From positions 162,502,001 through 162,566,000 of the forward strand of contig NC_042997.1 in NCBI RefSeq assembly GCF_006345805.1: DNA of 64,000 nt. Direction: 5' to 3'. Source of the DNA: Octopus sinensis (Eukaryota). The position numbers were made by a program, and so were the translations under genes. Shown here in pieces: positions 1 to 13,782 of this stretch. The notes under the pieces were generated by a model. That model was not told the origin of the DNA. It searched no databases and saw only the letters and a program-made list of their open reading frames with translations. Each line of letters starts with the position of its first letter. Within the stretch, counting starts at the first letter, position 1.

Positions 1-30
1 ATTGTTGCTAAACCCTTAATTACTTAGTAT

Positions 31-54
31 TACTATATATATATATATATATAT

Positions 55-141
<87 letters not shown>

Positions 142-158
142 TGTGTGTGTGTGTGTGT
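31..158. repeat. Compound microsatellite (TA)n(GATA)n(GT)n
   Basis: Direct reading. Confidence 0.95.
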
Positions 159-564
159 AGTCAATTCAAATAAACGAGTAAAATTAACGGAAAACAAGAG
201 GATGTGCACAAGAAATATAACTTGATACTCGGTGAAAAGAGAGAAAGGAAAAAGTCGAAAGAAGGAAAAGAAATCGCCAACTGCACGTGTATAATTACAT
301 TGTTGATGTATATGTGTGTCTGTTTATATAGGTATATACTTGTGCATATGCACACTCACATGTGCACAAATTTCTCCTTGTTACAATTTTGTTTAGCCAT
401 ATCAGTCATCTGAAAAGGCGTGAGTTTGCAGAAACTCGAGCATAATTATTATTACTAAACTTGTTAACTTAAATATTCTTTTCTGCTAGTACTGAGTACT
501 TTTTCACTCACTCGTTCTTCTATTTAAACGACCTGTGTGCATGTATGGGTTTCTGGGTGTGATT

Positions 565-586
565 TAATAATAACAATAATAATAAT

Positions 587-641
<55 letters not shown>

Positions 642-740
642 GAATTAAATATTTCAGTGTCACTTTGATGGCATGCACTGCTCTCTCACTCAATAATAAT
701 AATAATGATAATAATGATGATAATAACAATAATAATGATG

Positions 741-795
<55 letters not shown>

Positions 796-815
796 TGATC
801 ATGATCATGATGTAT
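565..815. repeat. (AAT)n/(GAT)n microsatellite
   Basis: Direct reading. Confidence 0.95.
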
Positions 816-971
816 TACATTACAATAATATATTTTAACTGCACACTACATATTTTATAAATATGACCTCAGTTCCGCTGTGTCAGTAGTAAATCGGATG
901 AAACAGACATTCACGATGAACTGATAATAGCTGAAGAAACTAGTCGTATTGTAATTTACAACGCTTAGAGG

Positions 972-1160
972 AGGCGAGCTAGTAGAATCAATTAGCCCGC
1001 CGGGCAAAATGCTTTGTTATTTCTTCCAGCTTTACATTCTGAGTTCAAATTCCGCTCAGGTTGACTTTGCTTTTCATCCCTTCGGAGTTGAAATAAATAC
1101 CATTGAGCACTGGGGGTTGATGTAATCGACTTGCCCCTCAGCCAAAATTTCAGGCCTTGT
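972..1160 (+). mobile_element. tRNA-derived SINE family A (ggcgagctggcagaa...cctttcatcctttcggggtcgataaa); other + copies at about 2650, 6978, 7833, 8865, 9155, 19820, 21575 and 22245
   Basis: Recurrent element of about 200 bp with a tRNA-like head (gttcaaattcc B-box). Confidence 0.8.
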
Positions 1161-1234
1161 TAAAGATTATTAATACGCATATACATTTATGTACAAGCGT
1201 AACCACAAACATTGTGCCTCATGTAATTTTTGTA

Positions 1235-1237
<3 letters not shown>

Positions 1238-1317
<80 letters not shown>

Positions 1318-1408
1318 TTATATATATATATATAGATATATATATATATATATATACATATGTATGTATATGCATATACATACATATATATATAATATAT
1401 ATATATTA

Positions 1409-1458
<50 letters not shown>

Positions 1459-1574
1459 GTATATATATATATATATATATGTATACATACATATATATAT
1501 ATATATTATATATATATATATGTATATAATATATATATATATATATAATATATATATATATGTATATATATATA

Positions 1575-1618
<44 letters not shown>

Positions 1619-1750
1619 ATATATATATATATATATATAAATGTATGAATATGTATGTATTATGCTATTATGCACGTGCAAATTTATGTATATAATTTAT
1701 GCATATAATAATATGTAATAATATATATATATAATATATATATATATATT
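1238..1750. repeat. Long (TA)n-rich tract (similar tracts at about 17990-18255, 24335-24960, 43517-43781, 46790-46948, 50100-50605, 50945-51187, 54361-54708)
   Basis: Direct reading; source of the spurious YIYI ORFs. Confidence 0.95.
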
Positions 1751-1768
1751 ACCATGCATGTGTATATA

Positions 1769-2114
1769 CATGGGTTGGACAAAATAATGGAAACACCTAG
1801 CATCATAGCATCATAATTTTGAAATATCTATAAAAGCGTCAAAAGCTTGTTTATTTTTATGTTTCTTGATTTATTATTAGTGTTGTTTAATATGTTTTGC
1901 TAAAATTGCTGCTTCTTTTCAGATATCATCAAAAAAAGGTAATTAAAATTCATTAAAATATCAGATCTACCGGACTTTCAAAGAGGTCAAATTGTTGGTG
2001 CTCATATGGCAGTCCATACCTCATAGAATTCAAGCTGTAATTACTGCCAAAGGCGGTTCTACTCAATATTAAAATTAAGTTGAAATGTTAAGGTGTTTCC
2101 GTTATTTTGTCCTG
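1769..2114 (+). mobile_element. Internally deleted Tc1-like element
   Basis: TIR ggacaaaataa(t/c)ggaaacacct; TA flanks; transposase N-terminus DFQRGQIVGAHMA fused to C-terminus RIQAVITAKGGSTQY*. Confidence 0.82.
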
Positions 2115-2381
2115 TATATCTGTATATAAATATACATACATGCATAATTATACCCCCCATCACGCCCCCCCCCCACATGATTATCTTAATCGAAGGATTA
2201 AGATGACCACTATTGAATATAGAACTCAAAACTTTGACTTCACTTTAAGAATTAGTTTGTGCGTGCGTGCGTGTGTGTGAGAGAGAGTGTGTGACATGTG
2301 AAATTGTAAGTATAGCAAATACAAGAAAAAAAAAAGAAAAGGAGAATATTTTAAAGTTTAAAATATAATTATTTTTCAGAG

Positions 2382-2598
2382 ATGAGTCCTCAAGAACTCA
2401 TGGAAAATGGAATGCTGATCGTTACTCACGTCGACTATCACTTGGATGAAACTTTGAGGCTTCATCACACTGACCAATATGATATTGGCCAGAATGGTCA
2501 ATTGATAGTTCGACGTGGACAACCATTTATGTTGACTATTGAATTTCATGAAGAATACAACGAGGAGAAACATAAAATAAGATTCATCTTCCAAATTG
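2382..2598 (+). CDS. TGM: Transglutaminase coding exon 1 (N-terminal beta-sandwich)
   Basis: MSPQELM...HHTDQY...LIVRRGQPF...FQIG; acceptor tttttcag just upstream; donor G|gttagt. Confidence 0.92.
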
Positions 2599-5038
2599 GT
2601 TAGTATTTCTGTGATCGTTTACTGAATTAAAATTATTTATTTATACGTTAGCAGAATCGTTAGCACACCGGGCAAAATGCTTAGCGGCATTTCGTCCGTC
2701 GTTACGATCTTTGTTCAAATTCCGCCGAGATCGATACTAGCTTTGTTCCAAATTTTGAAACTAAAATTATTTATTCATTTATCTATTAATTTACTAAACA
2801 ATAATATGGTTTTCTTTGTTTCCATAAGGTGAACACCCTCTACCATCAAAGAAGTCTGACATCAGGTTTGGCCTGACCGACAAATGGTATCCAGAAGAAT
2901 GGGGAGCAAAACTGGTGTCCAGGAGAGGCAGAATGATTACAGTCTGTGTTCACCCTGCTTGTGATTGTATTGTAGGAGTGTGGGATTTTATGATTAAAAC
3001 TACAGTAAGCGGTAAAGGAAGCTACATTTTCGACAATTTTGAGCAAATCTACATCCTCTTCAACCCTTGGGGCCAAAGTAAGTTGCTGAAAATAAATAGC
3101 AATCTAAGACTTGTGATCTATTCGAGTATTTGTTGTTCATAGATTTGTGCACGTCTGTATGAATGAAGACATGCATGCTTGACCTCTCGTGTCCAGAAGT
3201 GTACTGTGTGTGACTGTGCGTGCGCGCGTGAATGCGTGCGTGTGTGCGCGTGTATGTGTGTGTGTACGTCATCTCATTGAATTATTTAGTTGCCACTAGA
3301 TTTAACCCCTTGCATGTATGTATGTATGTATGTATGTATGTATGTATGTATGTATGTATGTATGTATGTATGTATGTATGTAGGTATAGCACATTTAACT
3401 GCTTTTTTATTTATTGACCTGGTCTAGAAGTAGAGGCTGTGCCCAAACTTTCACAGGGCCTCTGTTAAGATCTTATATGAACTGTTAACCCTGTAGGAAT
3501 GAAATTTTGTGATGGTGAGGAGTAATGTTCTGAAGCGGAAGAAATGAACGAAGGGTTTAGTGTTGTGTATGGTGGGGATAACGTGTGAAGGAGGTAACAG
3601 GGCTAACGTGCGTATAATATGCATAACGTGTGAAAGAGTTGAATGAGTCAGGACTGTTTGAGTGGAGAAAGCACGACATCACCACTTCCAAGGAGTCGAG
3701 GCCACGACAGTAGTCGTAGAAAAAGCAAAGAGCAATAGCATGTCTGTGCCGTAGCGTAGCAGTAGTAGAGGAGGAAGCGACAAGAACGGTCCAACCCGGA
3801 CGACGCTTTTGTGGGACCAGCATTTTTGCGCTGGTTGTATAAGCTTGGGGGCTTTGGGAGAGGTGGTATGGTCAAAATCAAGGGTTGTCCCAGACAGCAC
3901 ACTTTCTAGCCACGCCAGAGAGACAATTGTAAGAGTGTGAGGTGTGCGACTTTTAACCACTAAATCGAATGACCTTTCTTTGGGTGTAGCCTGGATTGTC
4001 TACGTGTATAGCAACAGCGCTATGTCAGACTTGGAAGCATTGCTCTATTGTTGGTTTATCTGAGCTTTGTAGAGGATCAATAGTTGTTGTGGGGAGCGGT
4101 ACGAAATCTCTGAAGAGGAAGGTAAAGCTTCGTAATGCGATTTTTAATATATTAAGGATGTGTGTTCATCCTTAATAAGAGAAAGGCCTCTCATTTGAAG
4201 TCATCGTGAATTTTCTAGTTGCGTGTTGATCGTGGATTGTGATGGTGTATTCTTGATACGGGTAGCGATTGTGTCTTTTTTGTAAATATGTATATTGTAC
4301 GAGATCTAATGTGCAAGTATATGTATGAATTTGCATAATTATTATTTAGATATTAGAAAGCTTCACTTCGAATGTGATAAGAGTGAAAGTGTTTGCTTTA
4401 TTATTACATTGACGGAAAGGCTTTCCAAAACTTTAATTTCAGTTTTGACTTAGGCCATGTTGCATATAAAATAGACATCTTACTTATGTATTCTTACCAA
4501 TGCCCTCCTCCTCCTCCTCCTCGTCGTCTTCCTCCTTTATCCACTTCTATCTCTTTCTCTCTCTTCTTTCTGTCAACATGTCTATATTTCAGTATAAATT
4601 GTTATTCTTTCCAGCTGATCAAGTATACATGGAAGATAAAGACCTTCTCTATGAATATGTGCTAAATGATCATGGACACATATTTCAAGGAAGCGGGTGT
4701 TCTTCCGTTTACCAGAAACCCTGGAATTATGGTCAGGTATGCTTTAAAAGTAACATGTTGCTTTCGTTTAACACTTTTCCATCGTTAAGCACACAGAAAA
4801 TAACTGAGCGTCTTCTAGCAGATCAGTTTCGGAAATACTTCTACATCAGAGACGTACCACTATTCTTTGGATAACCAGCGAACTTTGAATCGAAATTGTA
4901 ATATATATATAGCGGTAGTTTATCATTAATGGTCGTCCTCAATTATTTGCAATACATTATTTGCCGCGTAGTAAATTAAATAAAATAAAAAATATTCATG
5001 TAGAAAACTTAATTCAAGATACTTGAAACATGTACAAA

Positions 5039-5126
<88 letters not shown>

Positions 5127-5325
5127 GGAGATTCAAAACCTTTCGAAGTATCAGAACAATGGTGGTATAACATCTCTGATAAGAGCCAGTTATTCTGAAA
5201 CAGATTTATAGGGAGATTCACAGTTTCTGTTTACTGAAAAGAACAACAGTTTCCTCATTATCACAGACTTCGCAGCTAAGGCTTTCAAATAAGTAAGCAT
5301 GTTTCAGGTATATCGAACTGCACTA

Positions 5326-5368
<43 letters not shown>

Positions 5369-5666
5369 CTCCTTCTCTTACACTTTCCTGTCTGAGAAAG
5401 AACTTTTTCTTTGCCCATTCCCTTCCGGTTATTCCGAAAGGTAACTACATGTGGATTGTTGGCGATTTTTTTCCTCCATCTTTCTTTTCTCTTGGACTTT
5501 CTTCTGTCTCCTGTTTTTAAAGAAGAGCTTTGCTCGAAACGTAAAACACCCTTTCTTTCCTTCCCTGAGCGTTTTTTAATTCTTTGCATGTACCACGTCC
5601 TTGTGTTGTTTTTTTCTTGTTTTTTCTTCGTTTTTTAACTATATATATATATGCACACACATATAA

Positions 5667-5754
<88 letters not shown>

Positions 5755-7786
5755 AAGTTGCTCATTTACTATATTATTTTATTTACTTTTTCGTCTCTGA
5801 AAAGAAAAGGGAAATATTTGTAAATATTTGTATCTTTACAGTTTGACGAAGATATTTTGGATATCGCCTTATATCTGATGCGCCAGGGATTCTTGGAATA
5901 TTGCCCTCAAATGAGTAGCCCTGTGCGGGTTGCACGAGTGCTTGTTCATGTGGTAAGTAATTTTGTGTTTATCTCTTGGTCGGGAAGGAATAATAGGACT
6001 CATGACTTGTTTTCTCCGGATCTCCAAGACCGTGGGAGGAAAGTGTTAAAGGACCAATGAGTTATAGGTTATCCTCAAAACAGTGACCTGGATTAAATAT
6101 TCACAACAATAACTTGTTAAACCGTTCGGCGGGTTAAGTCATTTGGTAACTAGATAATTTAATGAGCTGGCGTGCACGCGCGCAAGCAAACATACATACA
6201 TACATACATACATTACATACATACATACATACATACATACGTACGTACATACGTACATTCGTACATACATACATACATACATACATACATACATACATAC
6301 ATACATACATACATACATACATACATACATACGTACGTACATACGTACATTCGTACATACATACATACATACATACATACATACATACTGATACGCATCT
6401 GAATATACATATATGTTTTGTTTATAATCATAATCCATGCTTAATACAAATCGTCCGAGTTGAATCATTCAACTCAAGATTATTTACACTGGTAACAAGA
6501 AAATATTATTATTACTATTGTGTAGAAAATATACATATTGATGGAATGTACATGCTCAATATTGTCCTTTCGTTCTTCCATAGAAATTTAGCTGAACAAA
6601 AAATCTAAGATAGTAATATTTATTAATCCTGTTTAAATTATTAATTCAGCTGTATTCTATTTTAAACGTTTTATTTATTTTTCTGAAGTAAATAACCCAG
6701 TGATTATGAATGCACAGATCTATTGTCAGCCACATACAATCTGACCTGTGTATACATTTCTCTAAAGCATTTAGTATTGCCAAAAACTGATTTCGCTCTT
6801 TTTTTTTAAGCCAATAGAAGAGGAGGGCAGTGTGTATGACCTCTTAAGGCCTTCACAGAAATAGCAAGACTAATGTAAACGATGGCCAGTTTGAGCCTCA
6901 GCAAGTCAATGTCTGCAGGAAAAATATGGGTGGGTGGTGAATTATCTTTGTTCTTGACAGAATATTTGCAACAGGATAAGGCGGTAAACTGGGCGGTGCG
7001 CGGAGCAAAATGCTTAGCGACATTTAGTCAGTCTTTACGTTCTGAGTTCAAATTCTGCCGAGGTAGGCTGTGCCTTTCATCCTTTGGGAATCGATAAAAT
7101 AAATACAAGTTGAACACTGGGGTCGATGTAATCGACTTATTCCCTCCCCGGAAATTGCTGGCTTTGTACCAAAATTTGAAATCAATATTTGTAACAAGGT
7201 GGTCTTCGCTACAGGCATCCATGAAACAGTTTGTGGTGTTAAACAGTGTGATGATTTAGACCTCCTACCAAAATAAGCTGCTTAAATTGCATTATGGTTT
7301 CTTGATTGATATGAAATAACGAGGCATTGCTATCCTTTCCTTAGATAATTTTCAGTATTTCTTATTAGCGAATTGAATTTTCAGCTGCCCAATCTAATTT
7401 GTTGCGCCTAATCTAGAAATTCAACTTAAATAATATCTAATTTCACAAACCTACTCGATTTTTCTATCTTTATTGTCTTTAAATTTGTGTTGCTTTGTAG
7501 ATCAATTCTCCTGAAAACACTGGAGTAATGATGAGGTTTGATTCCGATAATTGTCAAAACGGCAAAAAACCAACAGCATGGGGTGGTAGTCGAAGAATTC
7601 TTCAGCAGTTTATTGATACCAAAGAACCAGTTAAGTATGGACAGTGCTGGGTATTTTCTGGACTTCTTACTACAGGTATTCTTTTCAAAATACTCTCTGT
7701 TGTGTCGTAAAAAGAAACATTGATCAAAGGGTTTTAGTAAAGTCGTTAAAATGATGTAGTAATGCTTCGTGTGCCTCTGATTATTA

Positions 7787-7835
<49 letters not shown>

Positions 7836-10800
7836 GGCGGGGAACTGACGGAGTCATTAGCACGCCGGGCCAAATACTTAGCAGCATTTCGTCCATCTTT
7901 ATGCTCTGGGTTCAAATTACGCCGAAGTCGACTTTACCTTTCATCCTTTCGGGATGGAATAAAATAAGTACATTTTGAGTTACTGGGGATCGAATTTCGG
8001 GCCTTGTGCCTATATTAGAAAAGATTATTATCATCGTTATTATTGAAATTACCTTGACCTCTACTTCACTTGAGATCACCTGCATACCCTTTATGTCAAT
8101 AAAATCTGCCTTCAGCTAAATGTCCCAACGTTGTCTACAAAGCTTAATTACTTCAAGCTAACTTATTTTACTCTGTATTGGTTGTCCAAAGTCGAATATT
8201 CATGAAGCAACATCAGCCGTCAGTAACTATCATCTCACTGATGAATGTTATATCAATATATGAAGACTTTTGTGGAGGCGCAATAGCCCAGTGGTTAGAG
8301 CAGCGGACTCACGGTTGTAGGATTGCGGTTTCGATTCCCAGACCGGGCGCTGTGAGTGTTTATTGAGCGAAAACACCTAAAGCTCCACGAGGCTCCGGCA
8401 GGAGATGGTGGCGATCCTTGCTGTACTCTTTCGCCACAACTTTCTCTCACTCTCTTCTGTTGACCTGCTCGCTTAGCCAGCGGGGTGGCGTCATTTGAAG
8501 GCTAAAACAATGCAAGCGCATTGTGACCAACGATGTGTAGTAACATCTGATAGCCTGGTCGGTCACGGTGATCACGGTGATATGAAGACTTTTATTTATA
8601 GTAATCTCAACAATCGCATCTAAAAGAGTGCATTTTAAAAACATTTGTTTTGTTCATTCCTTTATTTATTTCCAGTTTGCCGTGCCCTGGGTATTCCTTG
8701 CAGAACTGTTACCAATTTTAACTCTAACCACGACAGTGATGATAACTTGTCTGTCAATGTTTATCTTGGAGAAGACGAGAAAGGAAACATCTTTGAACAA
8801 AAGGAAGGAAATGTTTGGTTAGTTGATGTCAATTTTAAAAGTTTATAACGGTTTTAGATTGCTAGAATCGTTAAGCATCGCACACAAGCCTTGCAGTATT
8901 TAGCTGTGTCCCTGTACGTTCTGAATTCAAATCTGTCCCGGATCGTCTTTACTTTTATTTTTTTGGATTTCATAAAATAAGCACTAGTCAAATACTGGGG
9001 TTAGTACAATCGACTGTACTCTCACCAAAATTTGTCATTTAAAAAATTATTGCTGATTATTTTATTATACTAGAAATACATTAACTGCGGAATTACAGTG
9101 TTAACCGGCTGAACACTTGGTCGTGTGTTCATCCATTATTAATACTTCAGAAGACGGCAAGCTGGCAGAATCGTTAGCAAGCTGGGCTAAATGCTTAGCG
9201 GCATTTCTTCCGAGTTCTAATTCAGTTGAGGTCAGTTTTGCCTTTCATCCTTTCGGTAAATTAAAGTATCAGTTAAGCACTGGAGTTGATGGATTCGACT
9301 AGCTTCCTATCCCAAAATGTCAGGCTTTGTACCTATAGTAAAAAGGACTGTTAATACTTCAAAATATGTCACGCACCAGGGCAACACCTTCAAATATAGT
9401 TGCGTCAGTCAACCTGGCTGCTAAACAGGTTTTTCTCCGGTTTCATGACTGCATAGTTAGCATCGAGCTACAAAATAATCGCCCTAAAAATACACAATAC
9501 AATGAAAATAATCCCAGCCATTCTAAGACAGGAAAATGGACGTAAAGCGATAGACAAATGGTTATTCCATAAGAAATCAACATTTTTTTTTTTTTGCAAA
9601 ATGAATCAATATTTTATATCTAAACAACTCATCCAGCCTAAGACGTTGTATATGGATTCATAAGGAGGAGCAAGTGAGATTGTTTGGCATCCAGAATTTT
9701 CTGAAAAGAATTAGTAATTTAAGTGGAGAAAGAGACTTAATAATTTAAAGCTTTAACCATAAGTCGAAACTAAACCGTAGAATTAGAATGTCGGAAGTTT
9801 ATCTCTTGTCTCAACAGTGAATATCTGAGTCCAATCTGTAACTTTACCAACACTACCTTGTTTGCTATTGCCACCAAACTGCAAATAGGTATTATCTAGT
9901 TCTATAACTCGCTCTACTTAGGGTTTTGGTAACAGACACATACTCCCACCCCAGCCAAAATCTACAATAACTAGCGTAGCAATACAAGCATTAAGATATA
10001 TTTTTACATTTTGAATGTTATAATAAATTTCAGCACACAACATTCACTTTGCAAGGGCATGCGGCAAGCATGCCCTGTACGGAAGCCCTGTACAGTCGAT
10101 CGTCCTTAGGAATATTCTACATTACCAATATATTCTTTATTCTATATTTCGATTAAGAAATAAATAAGTGATTAAATTCAAAATCAAAATGAATTACAAA
10201 TCATAACACCAGCAGCGATATTGAATGATTCTTGAAATTCCTTCTTGATTTATATTGAAAAAAAAAAAAATGAATAAAAAAAATGCTGAAGATTAACAAA
10301 TGATTTTTTTAATGTATTTTTCATAATAAATTTTCATCTTTCATATTTTAACTATATTTAGGAACTTCCATGTTTGGAATGATGTTTGGATGAGTCGTTC
10401 AGATCTTCCTGTGGGATACTGTGGCTGGCAGGCTGTCGATCCAACCCCTCAAGAAGCAAGCGACGGTAAAACATACTTAGCTGTTTTGTAGTGATCTCAT
10501 TTTTAAATATCATTTCTATTAGAAACAAATTGTTTTAATGTTGTGTATTCCTCTTAATTTTCCTTGAGTTAATCCAGGGAACCTTAAGTAAACAGGTACC
10601 ATATTTGGTGGCATATAAGACGCACTTTTTTCGAAAAAGGGAAATATTTGAAATAAATCTTCTCGGGTCCAATATGCGAAGTTGAGCCTCCCATAAGTTT
10701 TAATCTACTGGTTGAGCATAACTTGATATATTGATGTGTTACTCCTATTGCATTAATCCATATATTTCTTACTGTCTTTCTTTCAAGTAGTTCCTAGCAT

Positions 10801-13748
10801 GGACGGTACCTGTTCTTTTAGGAGGTAGATATATTTAGAATATATCACCTAAACATTAATAATCTCTCTGTTAATACTTATCCGATCCTGTCGCATTAGG
10901 ATCCTATGATGAATATGTACAATTATTCCAAAGCTTCAACTTCATATCGCATGCCTTTTAGGTTTAAATTATATTTAAAACAAAAGTAAAACGAATAATT
11001 TCAATAACTTTGTTCCTGTGTTAGGTATTTACTGCTGCGGACCTGCTCCTCTGAAAGCTATAAAGAATGGTGAAGTGAACCAAACTTTTGATACTAACTT
11101 TATATTTTCGGAGTTAAACGCTGATCGGGTCTACTGGAAGAAAAATCACCGTTCAGGAAAATGGGAAATTGTTCATATTGATAGAAATGCGTAAGTAAAG
11201 TTAATCATTATTTTTCATTTCGATGACATGACCAATATATTCAATATTAACTGAGTGAATTGACATTTTGAAAAAATGAATTTATTTTTCTATTAATAGA
11301 TTGGGCAAGTTCATCTATACCAAGTACCCAAATTGCAAACCCGGTCATAATCGCAGTGGTGGTTTGATGGACATTACATTTGATTACAAGCTGGTCAATG
11401 GTATGTATGGTAGAACAGTTCAAGAAATAACATATTGTAAATGGATCTAATTTGATAATATGAGTTATTGAAAGGATACAAGCTTTACTTTGAATGTGTT
11501 ATACTTAGAGTGCTGTTATTGTAATTGTGTTTACTATAGTAATATCATGTGTATATAGGGCATGTAAATCAAATATCGGCAATTAAAATTATGCGACACT
11601 CTTCAACAGTAATGCACTGCTTCTAATTTGTTACGAAATTATGAACAATTTACACGTGTAACAAATAAGATAGTATATTTTTTAGCGTTGATATGTTCAC
11701 CTTAGCCCCATGTATACAAGGCGCTAACAATTCCGTTTTTTTTTTTCTCAAGCCGTTACTGTCTTGAAGAAATTTTTTTTTTTCGCTCAAAGTTCACATC
11801 ACATTCTTGATTTGAAGCTATCGTTTTTGTACAGTTGTTCTTTATCTACAATCAACTAAGCCATATATTTACGGAATCAACATCTTCAACTCACATAGTC
11901 TAATTCAATTAGGTGCAAGAATGAACCGCCGTATGATATAATTTACCATTGAAGGATTTGCATTATATCCTTCAGAAATGAAATTTTTATCACAATCATT
12001 GGAGCATTCTGTGTATTTTAAACTGTCCAGTGCAAAAGCCGATACTGTATTACCGTTTGTATGCAAGTATATTTGTATGGGTTGCTAGAGAACTATATTT
12101 ATTAAGTTAGTGAACAATAATGTAATAATGTGAAGTTTCTCTATTGTTGCTTAATAATCTCCCCTTTTTTTAAAACATCACTTTTTCTATATTCAACTAA
12201 TAATCATTCCAATAATCATTCTAAGGTTCAGAATATGATCGTATTGATGTAATCAATGTCCACCGGAAAAAAATGATGCTTCACAGGGCCAAGAAATCTT
12301 CACACTATCAGGAGGTAGGAACACGTCAGTGTTACAAATTTCTCTTTGCTTTTCTATCTTTTCCCAAAAGTTTATTGGAAGTTTACCCTGTACATGCGCA
12401 CACTACACACTCACACACACTACACTACACTTGTTATGTCTAGCAATTACTGTTTTACTTTTTTTCTATAATGCAGCTTCAGTGTTTTCATAAATGTAAA
12501 TGAATTCAAAATTGATATGTTAGGTAGTAAATCTGCAAACTGAAGCATTTCTTTTCAATAATATAGGTTGTATTTTTCACATATACGGAATGATGAAGTA
12601 ATGATATAAAGTTCATTTAAAGCACTGTTAACAAGAATCCAATATTTCATGAAATATAATTTCCTTTCCATTAAAATATAGAATCATAAATGGAAATCTC
12701 TATGCAGTTTTCCCAGTTAATCTATAAATATGCAAAGATACTTACTTAATATAACATTATATAAATAGTGAGAGACCAATAATATTTGAGATTAATTTCT
12801 GTGGTATTGCTCTTAAACTTAGACACAAGGTTGATTTACAGCTATTACAGATGTAAATACTATTTGTAATGTGAATAAGAAATGAAGCCTCTACACCGGC
12901 AATAGCAACCATATCTTCATCAAATCACACTTTACCGCCTTTAGTTACAGAATGTGTTAGAAAATATTGTCTGTGACAACAACAACAATAATAATACTTT
13001 CTACTATACGCACAAGGCCTGAAAATTGTGGGGAGGGAACTAGTCGATTATATCAACCCCAGTACTCAATTGGTACTTAATTTATCGACCCCGAAAGGAT
13101 GAAAAGCAAAGTTGACCTCGGTGGAATTTGAACTCAGAACGTAGCGACAGACGAAATACTGCTAAGCATTTTGCCCGGCATGCTAACGATTCTGCCAGAT
13201 CGCCCCCTTAATAACACATATAATAATAATAATAATCATAATAATAATAATGGTTTCAAATTGTGGCATAAGGCCAATAATTCCGGGTATGCGGGTAAGT
13301 CGATTATATCGACCTCAGTGTTCAAATAGCACCTATTTTATTGACCTTTAAGTCGGTTAGAGGTTACATGGGGGAGATTTAGCTGCAATGTCTAGCAGAG
13401 CAAGTAACCATGTAGATAGCCATCATTGACTCCAAGAAACAGATGTAGTAGTATGGTATTGGTAGGTGAAACGTTCAACTCCTCCTGCATAGCAAACTAA
13501 TTAACATAAATCAGCATTTAATATTTCTGTGAAGAGGTTAAGGCGGCGAGCTGGCAGAATCGTTAGCACACCCGACAAAATGCTTAGCAGTATTTCCGTA
13601 CGTCTTTACATTGTGTTCAAATTACGCCGAGGTTGACTTTGCCTTTCATCCTTTCAGGGTTGATAAAATAGATGTCAGTTGTACACTGGGGTCGATATAA
13701 TCGATTATATCGACTTATTCTTTCACCCGAATGGTTCAGATTCTTGCG

Positions 13749-13782
<34 letters not shown>

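Noticed and set aside
915-952. Hammerhead-like ctgataa...gaaactagtc
   Set aside because: G8 is mutated, stem II and stem I do not pair; too decayed to call
8274-8345. tRNA-like sequences (also at about 23645 and 50607)
   Set aside because: They are SINE heads continuing into SINE bodies, one with a TSD; there is no complete cloverleaf or acceptor stem
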